Positions 26,158 to 32,000 of a stretch of 32,000 nucleotides of DNA are shown here, piece after piece; position 1 is the first letter of the stretch, and each line of letters opens with the position of its first letter. The stretch is from Cupriavidus necator. GTDB lineage: Bacteria; Pseudomonadota; Gammaproteobacteria; Burkholderiales; Burkholderiaceae. The notes below the pieces were generated by a model. That model had not been told where the DNA came from. It was given only the letters and a program-made list of their open reading frames with translations, and did not search any database. Where the stretch lies: positions 300,001 through 332,000 of the forward strand of contig NZ_CP066020.1 in assembly GCF_016127575.1 (NCBI RefSeq), in the 5' to 3' direction. The position numbers were made by a program, and so were the translations under genes.

Positions 26158-26721
26158 ATGCAAGAATTCGTCGTAGGCATCACCGGCACGTCCGGCAGCG
26201 GCAAGACCACGCTGATCACGGCCATGCTGCCGTGGTTCCGCGAGCGCGGCCTGCGCGTCAACGTCGTCAAGCACAGCCACCATCCGCTTGAGCTCGAACC
26301 TCCGGCCAAGGACAGCGCACGCTTTCGTGCCGCCGGCGCCAGCGAGGTCATGGTGGCCTCGCCCTACCGCTTTGCGATCGTGCATGAACTGCGCGGCGAT
26401 GCCGAGCCCACCTTGGCCGAACAGCTCGCCCGGCTTGCGCCGGCCGAGCTGACATTGGTGGAAGGCTTCCGCAGCGACGCGATTCCGCGCATCGAGGTGT
26501 ATCGCCCGGTGCACGGACGCGAGCCCTATTACCCTTGCGACCCGTCAATCGTCGCCTTGGCCACCGACCGAAACACCGACGCCGCGCTGCCCTGTCTGCC
26601 GCTCAATCATCCGCCGGAAGTCGCCCAGTTCATCTTGGCGCTGCGGGAGCGCCATACTGGGAAACGGATGCTGCATCCCGCAGCGCATCGCCACGGCTTC
26701 CGCGCACCCGACGCTTCATAA
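26158..26721 (+). CDS. mobB: Molybdopterin-guanine dinucleotide biosynthesis adapter MobB
   Basis: Internal ATG at 26158 of ORF 25552..26721. The sequence [20 protein letters not shown] carries a Walker A motif, followed by VKHSHH and LVEGF. The upstream 202 codons overlap the PPIase gene out of frame. Confidence 0.9.
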   Translation: MQEFVVGITGTSGSGKTTLITAMLPWFRERGLRVNVVKHSHHPLELEPPAKDSARFRAAGASEVMVASPYRFAIVHELRGDAEPTLAEQLARLAPAELTLVEGFRSDAIPRIEVYRPVHGREPYYPCDPSIVALATDRNTDAALPCLPLNHPPEVAQFILALRERHTGKRMLHPAAHRHGFRAPDAS

Positions 26722-26739
26722 GCGCGGCTCCGCCTGTCG

Positions 26740-27325
26740 CGTCGACGCCCCAGGACCGCGCGCAGATGCCACAGCGGTGCGACTCGGGCCGCGCCACAAA
26801 CGAGTTCTCGTCCGCCGATCAAGGCTCGCGCTGCGGCAGCCCGTTGCTCCCGGCGCATCTCCCGGCGCACCGATAGTTGAGTGGCAAGGCGATGCCACAT
26901 GCTGGGCGCCAACTGAAGGTCGCCGGGGAGCATCTGCGCGAGCTCTCGCACCCGGCCCCAACAAAGCCTGCTCGCGGCGCAGATGGGTGAAACTGGAGAA
27001 ACGACAAGGCAGGAGCACGTTGTCGACCGCACTCAGGTATGCCAACACCTTGAACTGCTGAAAGATGTACCTGAAAATGATCGCCTCGCCACCTCTCGCG
27101 CCGCGCGGCGCTCAGTTGGCGCAAATCTTGCTTATAAGGCCGTTTCTTGGCCATCCGCGCGACGCGTCGCGCGAGGTCCGTCTTTACGATTGACTTCCTG
27201 CTGGCCTGCCTGTTTTGCGCGTCGTCCAGCGAGCTGACGCGCTACTCCCATACCGACCAGGCTCAGCGATACCGGCGAACTGGAATGGACGGCTTCGCTC
27301 CGGCCCGCGCGGCGCAAGCGGCGCA
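26740..27325 (-). pseudogene. Internal fragment of an ABC-transporter ATPase, frameshifted and truncated at both ends
   Basis: Consecutive ABC-ATPase-like segments occur in three different minus-strand frames of the track. They are QDLRQLSAARRERWRG (ORF 26819..27154), YLSAVDNVLLPCRFS (26716..27048) and LSV..REQRAAAARALIGGRELV (26607..27032, a degenerate LSGGQ/signature region). I see no intact Walker A or Walker B. mobB and fnr abut the two ends. Confidence 0.5.
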
Positions 27326-27341
27326 GCGCCGTCTATGCCCT

Positions 27342-28103
27342 TCAGCAGGAGCGGCTGTAGAGTTCCTTGATGCCGGCGATGTCCACCAGCTTGACGTGGC
27401 GTTGCCGAATCTGGATTAGCCCCGCTTCGGCGAAGCGCGAGAACAGGCGGCTGACGGTTTCGAGCTTCAGGCCCAGGTAGCTGCCGATCTCTTCGCGGCT
27501 CATGCGCATTACGAATTCCGATGCCGAATAGCCACGCGCCGACAAGCGTTCCGACAGGTTGATCAAGAAGGCGGCAAGACGTTCTTCGGCCCGCATCGCG
27601 CCCAGCATGACGAGCATCAGCTGGTCTCGCGTGATTTCCTTGCCCATTAGGCGCAGGAACTGGTGCTGCAACGAGGGCAAGTCGGCCGACAGGGATTGCA
27701 GGTCGTTGAGGCGGACGACGCAGACTTCAGTATCCTCCAGCGCGGCGGCATCGGAGGCATGCTGCATTTCGCCCAGCCCGTCGAGGCCGACGATTTCGCC
27801 AGGCAGATAGAAACCGGTAATCTGCGAACGGCCGTCTTCGGTGGTGACGTGGGTCTTGAGCGTGCCGAAGCGGACCGCGTAGACGGCAGCGAGCGGATCG
27901 CCCATGCGATACAGGGTTTCACCCTTTTGAACGCGAATGCGTTCCTGCACTAGCGTGTCCATCCTGGCGAGGTCTTGCTGTGACATCCCCATCGGAAGGC
28001 ACAGTTGCCCCATCGTGCACGTGGAGCAACGGGGCGACATCTCGGTAATGGGAACGGATGGAAGCAATTGGAACCTGCAGGATTGGTCCCGCGACACGAT
28101 CAT
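27342..28103 (-). CDS. fnr: Oxygen-sensing global regulator FNR/ANR ([4Fe-4S] Cys cluster type)
   Basis: 253 aa. It has an N-terminal C-x2-C-x5-C (RCSTCTMGQLCLP) plus a central Cys (DTEVCVV). The HTH is REEIGSYLGLKLETVSRLFSRF, carrying the E--SR recognition motif. GC was lower than the nar genes in the two 60-nt stretches I counted. Confidence 0.92.
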   Translation of the reverse strand: MIVSRDQSCRFQLLPSVPITEMSPRCSTCTMGQLCLPMGMSQQDLARMDTLVQERIRVQKGETLYRMGDPLAAVYAVRFGTLKTHVTTEDGRSQITGFYLPGEIVGLDGLGEMQHASDAAALEDTEVCVVRLNDLQSLSADLPSLQHQFLRLMGKEITRDQLMLVMLGAMRAEERLAAFLINLSERLSARGYSASEFVMRMSREEIGSYLGLKLETVSRLFSRFAEAGLIQIRQRHVKLVDIAGIKELYSRSC

Positions 28104-28132
28104 TTTACCGTGCGATGCGATGCGGCATTGAA

Positions 28133-28603
28133 TCAGAATATGAAAATTTCAGTACTTTTTTGCATTTTTTGGCTGGCTTTGCTCAGTGGGATGCACTGCG
28201 CCGCCCAAGTGTGGCGGTATCGCGCTGGCAGTGAAGTGGTCATCAGGATGGTGCGCTGCTTGAGGCTGGCAACCGACGCGAAGAAGGCGGTGATCTCGTC
28301 CTGGCTCAGGATGACCGGCAGCCTCACCGGCTTCTTCGGGAGAGGGAAGTCCTCATCGCTCCAGTCGCGTCTGAGCATCACGCGATAGAGGAACCGCAGT
28401 GCGCCGATGGCAGGACAGAGGCTGCTGGGCGCAAGCTTGCGCTCCTCACGCAGATAGACGCGCCAGGCACGGATCTCTTCGGGGCCGAGTAGTTCAGGCG
28501 AGCGCCGGAAGTGCGGGGCGAAACTGAAAACTTGCAGCAGATAGGACTTCTGCGTGTTGTCGATCTGCATGTCGGCCAGCATGCGTTCGCGGAGCGGTGT
28601 CAT
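28133..28603 (-). pseudogene. Truncated mobile-element tyrosine recombinase (N-terminal SAM-like domain only)
   Basis: The 156-aa ORF begins MTPLRERMLADMQI...SPELLGPEEIRAWRVYL..RKLAPSSL...LRFLYRV...LPKKPVRLPVILSQDEI. This matches the N-terminal core-binding domain of integrases I recall next to IS91-type elements. Similarity ends after RTILMTT, before any catalytic R..H-x-x-R..Y domain, and runs into AT-rich DNA. AGGAGG lies 6 nt before the ATG. Confidence 0.7.
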
Positions 28604-28793
28604 GACGAACCTCCTGGGAACACGGAATGAAATGCCCGGTCGGGCACCTCCATGCTGCTCCCAGCCGCCGGCTCATCCCTTCCCTGGGCCCGGCACCAGA
28701 CAACCGTTCTCACAGAACGCCAGGCACTGGCCTCCGCTTCCCTCCCACTACCGCGTCAGCGGTTTAGTACAAGGCGGTATCTTGGTCAGCCCC

Positions 28794-30959
28794 CTACTTC
28801 AATCCGAGCAGTTCATATACTTCCAACGGTTTCTGCCGGCCTTTCACCTGAATGACGGTCACCGGACGCACAATGACCTGATCCTGCACGCGGGCGTAGA
28901 CGGCGGCACTGATCAGGATTTGATCGATCCCGGCATGTTCCTGGATGCGCTTGGCGATGTTCACATCGTCGCCGATCGCAGTGTATTCCATGCGCTGCTT
29001 GCCGCCGACCAGTCCCAGCACCGCCTCGCCGACGTGCAGGCCGATACCGACGGAGAGGTGAAACAGCGGGGAGATCTGTTGGTACAGGGCCTGGATGGCC
29101 TCCCGGATACCGAGCGCGGTGCGAAGTGCACGCATTACATGGTCGGGCTGGGGGATGGGGGCATTGAACCAAGCCATCACCGCATCGCCCAGGAACTTGT
29201 CGATCGTCCCTTCCTGCGCCAGCACGGCGTCCGTCATCACACCGAGATAGCGGTTGAGCAAGCCGAACAGATCGTCCGGATTCAGTTGCTCGCTGATGCC
29301 GGTGAAGCCGTGGATATCGGCGAACAGGGTGGTGATCTCGGTGCGCTTGCCCGCCGGCTGCAAATGCTCGGTATCAATCTGCGCCAGGATCGCCGGCGAT
29401 ACCATGTGTTTCAGCAATTGCTGCTGGGCTTCCATCAGCCGCTTTTCCGTCACGTCGTCCAGCACGATCGCGATGCCCTGGGGCTGCTGCAAGCCTTTGA
29501 GCGTGGAGAGGTTGAAGCGCAGATAGACAGTACCGCGCCCTGTGACAGTGGGAGCGAGCTCAAGGCCGATTACCGGCTTGTCCGTGCGAGCCGTGCTCAG
29601 CACGTGCGACAGCAGGGCCAACCCCAACGGAGGCTGGAGTTCGACGATGTTGCGCCCGACCAGTTCTTCGGCCTCCCGATACCCCAGGATGGGCAAGGCG
29701 GCCAGATTACACAGCATGATTTTCCCTTGGAGATCGGTGGTGATCACTCCGCTGACGATGGAGGCGAACACATTGTCGAGCAGATCCTTCAGCTCGGTGG
29801 TCTCGGTCAGCGCGTGGCGCAATTGAGCCTGGTGTTCCTGCAGCCGCTCGGCCATCCGGTCGAAGGAGCCGGCCAATTGGCTCAATTCCCCATGCCCCGG
29901 CAACAGCCCGGTGCGCGCTTGAAGATCGCCTTCCTCCAGCCGCTCGGTGGCCGCGAGCAGGGCGCGTGCCGGACGCAGGATAAAGACCGCGCCGAACCAC
30001 CAGGCCGTGGCCAGCGCGAGCAAGGCGACTGCGCTGAAGAACAGCAGGCGGTAGGCGAAGGCGCGGTTCACCTGTGCGAACGCCACCGAGGTCGGGATGC
30101 CGACCGCAAGATACCCCTGAGTGGTGATGACCACCCCGCGTGCGCTGCGCAGCGGCGCGAACGCGAACAGGCTGGTCACGCCCTCCAGGTTGGGGAGCTC
30201 AACCGTGCCTTCCTCCTGGTGGGAGAGAATGGCTTCGACCAGCGGGTTACCCGCCGCGGCGACCCCCATCCAGCGTCGCCAATCTGGATGCTCGAAGAGC
30301 ACGGTGCCGTGGCGGTCGAGCACGATGAGCACGGCATCGGGCGGCAGACGCGCCTCAACGGCCAACTGCTCGAGCCACCTCAGATCGAGTGCGGCGTATA
30401 CCACCCCTTTGGGGGAGCCGGTCTCATCGAGGATCGGATAGCCGAAGTTCACACTAGCTTTGCCGGTGATGCGGCCGATCTGGTAATCTCCGATCGCCAG
30501 GCCTTTGTACTGCAGCGCACGCTGGAAATAGCCACGATCGGCGAGATTCACCGGTTCGGCCAGGCGCAGCCCGCTGCAGTACACATTGCCTTCCAGGTCC
30601 GCAGCGCCCAGATTGGCATAGAAGGGGTACTGCTTAAGGAAATTACCAAACAGAGTACTGCAGGCCGCCTCGGAGCGATCGTGCACCACCGGAATTTGGG
30701 CCAGCGCGATGAGCAATTGTCGTGACCCCTCGATGAACCGCTCGTGCTGGCTGATCGTCAGGTGGAGCAGGCGTACGGTATCTTCCTGGACGCGCTTCTC
30801 CGCAGCATGCCGCTCCTCAAGGTTCGTGGCAAGAATCAGCAGAAGCATTGGCAGAATGGCAAGCAGCACCAACAGCAGCACCCGCACCCGCAGGCTTCCG
30901 GTTTTACCGCTAACGGCAGCCGATGGGCGGAAGGGCCTTTTGAGGCGAGGGACAGACAT
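28794..30959 (-). CDS. Membrane sensor class III adenylate/guanylate cyclase (TM - Cache-like periplasmic domain - TM - HAMP - PAS - CYCc)
   Basis: 721 aa. TM1 is VLLLVLLAILPMLLLILA. The periplasmic region is Cache-like (DRGYFQRAL..., GYPILDETGSPKGVVYAALDL). TM2 is YRLLFFSAVALLALATAWWFGAVFIL, followed by HAMP (GELSQLAGSFDRMAERL) and PAS (SGVITTDLQGKIMLCN). The cyclase core is TTLFADIHGFTG, IDKFLGDAVMAWF, GIGLHVGEAVLG and YTAIGDDVNIAKR. Confidence 0.9.
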   Translation of the reverse strand: MSVPRLKRPFRPSAAVSGKTGSLRVRVLLLVLLAILPMLLLILATNLEERHAAEKRVQEDTVRLLHLTISQHERFIEGSRQLLIALAQIPVVHDRSEAACSTLFGNFLKQYPFYANLGAADLEGNVYCSGLRLAEPVNLADRGYFQRALQYKGLAIGDYQIGRITGKASVNFGYPILDETGSPKGVVYAALDLRWLEQLAVEARLPPDAVLIVLDRHGTVLFEHPDWRRWMGVAAAGNPLVEAILSHQEEGTVELPNLEGVTSLFAFAPLRSARGVVITTQGYLAVGIPTSVAFAQVNRAFAYRLLFFSAVALLALATAWWFGAVFILRPARALLAATERLEEGDLQARTGLLPGHGELSQLAGSFDRMAERLQEHQAQLRHALTETTELKDLLDNVFASIVSGVITTDLQGKIMLCNLAALPILGYREAEELVGRNIVELQPPLGLALLSHVLSTARTDKPVIGLELAPTVTGRGTVYLRFNLSTLKGLQQPQGIAIVLDDVTEKRLMEAQQQLLKHMVSPAILAQIDTEHLQPAGKRTEITTLFADIHGFTGISEQLNPDDLFGLLNRYLGVMTDAVLAQEGTIDKFLGDAVMAWFNAPIPQPDHVMRALRTALGIREAIQALYQQISPLFHLSVGIGLHVGEAVLGLVGGKQRMEYTAIGDDVNIAKRIQEHAGIDQILISAAVYARVQDQVIVRPVTVIQVKGRQKPLEVYELLGLK

Positions 30960-31538
30960 GAGGTCATTCCCTCCGCGGTACTCGCCCGAGCGCGCTCAAT
31001 GGTCCGCCCTGACCTTCCGGGGGCTGACCCCGTAGGATCGGCTGGGTGGCGCTGACATTCGGCATTCCTCGCTCCGCTCATAGGAAGGTGTCGGTAATGT
31101 CTATCGACGAGCGTTGACCCGGCGCGTCGAAGCTTGCCGTCAGCCAGGCATCGGCACGCTCGCGTCCCAGACGTGCCAACTGCTATCAACTCAGTCCGAG
31201 GACTGGGAGGTCGGACGCTTCGCGTCGTGTCGCCCCGCCTCAGCCTCTCCAGGGCTCACGCGGCCGCGATGTCGCGACGCATCAAGAGCACAGCGCGCTC
31301 AATTCATCATAACCGGAAGGCTTATGGATAGCGGATTGTATCTTGGCCGGCACGCCGAACACCGTTGGCTCAACACTTGCAGCTCCCAATGGATTCGTAA
31401 ATCTTGCGCACCGAATTTTCAAGATATTATTCGAACTGCCCCCCGTTAAAGGCAACGCGGTGGGCGAATTGGTTGACTTGCCGGCGTCCTTAAGGCGTAT
31501 GCTGCTCATTACTTCTCTACGTTGAGATGCCGCGAGGG

Positions 31539-31584
31539 ATCGCACGCCGGAGGTGCATGCGTTGCCAAGGGAGATCGCACGCCT
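31539..31584. repeat. Two copies of an 11-bp direct repeat GATCGCACGCC, 35 bp apart
   Basis: Read directly at 31539-31549 and 31574-31584. The flanks are also similar (aggGATCGCACGCC and ggaGATCGCACGCC). A GCATGC palindrome lies between the two copies. Confidence 0.75.
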
Positions 31585-31586
31585 TC

Positions 31587-31630
31587 AAAGCCCTCTGCTC
31601 GGCAGCACTCACGGCGAGTGCGGGCTTTGT
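31587..31630. other. Stable bipartite hairpin in ORF-poor DNA
   Basis: CAAAGCCC-[11-nt bulge]-GCACTC-acggc-GAGTGC-GGGCTTTG has 14 paired positions. Confidence 0.7.
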
Positions 31631-31670
31631 GGCGGCGCCCCAGTGGGTGGGGTGAACTAAGTGGGTGTTG

Positions 31671-31718
31671 TTCCTGCATGCCTCCAGCCACGCCCCACTG
31701 GCTGGCGGCATGCAGGAA
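31671..31718. other. Long extended hairpin (12-bp perfect outer stem plus 6-bp inner stem)
   Basis: TTCCTGCATGCC-t-CCAGCC-acgccccact-GGCTGG-c-GGCATGCAGGAA. Confidence 0.75.
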
Positions 31719-31884
31719 GCAAAATTATGCAAACCGACGCCTGGCCTGGTCGATGTACGAATGAGGGGCGGCTCAGCGTATTTCATAGGGGCCCGCAGCG
31801 CGCGATACCGGCTGCGAGAAGGCGAATATAGAGCTGCAGCCCACGCTGTCAGTCTGAACACGCGAAAAACTGGCGCAACAGGGA

Positions 31885-31911
31885 CGCGGCTTCAGCAGCG
31901 GTGAAGCCGCG
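31885..31911. other. 10-bp perfect-stem hairpin near the right window edge
   Basis: CGCGGCTTCA-gcagcgg-TGAAGCCGCG. No U-tract immediately follows on either strand. Confidence 0.65.
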
Positions 31912-32000
31912 CCCGAAGCGGAGCCACTCTGCTGCCGGTAGGCGGTGCCGCTGCTCACGACACGGGAAAAAATCGTAAGTTAAGCGTGCGCGGAGGCCGG

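Noticed and set aside
28104-28200. Possible FNR autoregulatory box (TTGAAtcagAATAT) in the AT-rich DNA upstream of fnr
   Set aside because: The right half-site matches only 2 of 5 consensus positions. In AT-rich sequence such matches are expected by chance.
28554-30725. 723-aa plus-strand ORF opposite the cyclase gene
   Set aside because: The minus-strand frame contains a complete and ordered TM-Cache-TM-HAMP-PAS-cyclase architecture with catalytic motifs. The plus-strand translation has none, so I treat it as an antisense artefact. Its unusual length is still worth a note.
31415-31450. tRNA-like T-arm string GGCAGTTCGAAT (minus strand), considered as a tRNA or att-site remnant
   Set aside because: The 3' half of the T-stem (CTGCC) and an acceptor stem/CCA context are absent. 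I could not fold a cloverleaf from the flanks on either strand.
31800-31975. Resemblance to cobalamin (AACAGGGA..GGTGAAGCC..GAGCCACTCTG) or TPP (GCTGCGAGA..CTGAAC..CTGGCGCAACAGGGA) riboswitch cores
   Set aside because: Only scattered short matches are present. The B12 box and the thi-box P4/P5 pairing (CTGG..CCAG) are not there. I kept the region only as a generic structured-RNA candidate pending an Infernal scan.
1-32000. Scan for CRISPR arrays, rRNA genes, intact IS elements or defence-system gene sets
   Set aside because: I saw no regularly spaced repeat array and no rRNA-like conserved strings. There is no transposase ORF and no nuclease, ATPase or methylase cluster. The only mobile-element trace is the truncated integrase at 28133..28603.

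Overview
High-GC window that reads as a betaproteobacterial (Cupriavidus/Ralstonia-like) anaerobic-respiration and denitrification island. My taxon call rests only on protein sequences and gene order.

Gene content, left to right:
- The 5' part of nosZ (minus strand, runs off the window), divergent from a lipoprotein c-type cytochrome plus an ApbE/NosX flavin transferase.
- The O2-independent ubiquinone hydroxylation genes ubiU-ubiV-ubiT (minus).
- An NMO/FabK-family flavoprotein, a DGC-domain Cys-rich protein and a FabI enoyl-ACP reductase (plus).
- A minus-strand operon: hemerythrin, about 12-TM membrane protein of unknown function, Dnr/NnrR-type regulator.
- narX-narL, then nnrS (minus).
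- A long plus-strand block: narK1-narK2-narGHJI, a PpiC-type PPIase and mobB.

The right-hand 5 kb is compositionally different, with lower GC in my hand-counted samples. It looks mosaic: a frameshifted internal fragment of an ABC ATPase, a true Cys-cluster fnr, a truncated mobile-element tyrosine recombinase, a Cache-HAMP-PAS class III nucleotide cyclase, and about 1 kb of ORF-poor, hairpin-rich DNA.

Several TTGAT-N4-ATCAA-like (FNR/Dnr) boxes sit at plausible promoter positions.

Most notable unexplained items:
- A diverged ~220-bp direct duplication of the NMO-3'/fabI-5' junction that brackets the DGC gene.
- The uncharacterised membrane protein translationally coupled to dnr.
- The mosaic junction around fnr.
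- The structured non-coding region at 31.5-31.95 kb.

I found no CRISPR array, rRNA or convincing tRNA. Most long ORFs in the supplied track that overlap these genes on the opposite strand or out of frame are high-GC shadow ORFs.
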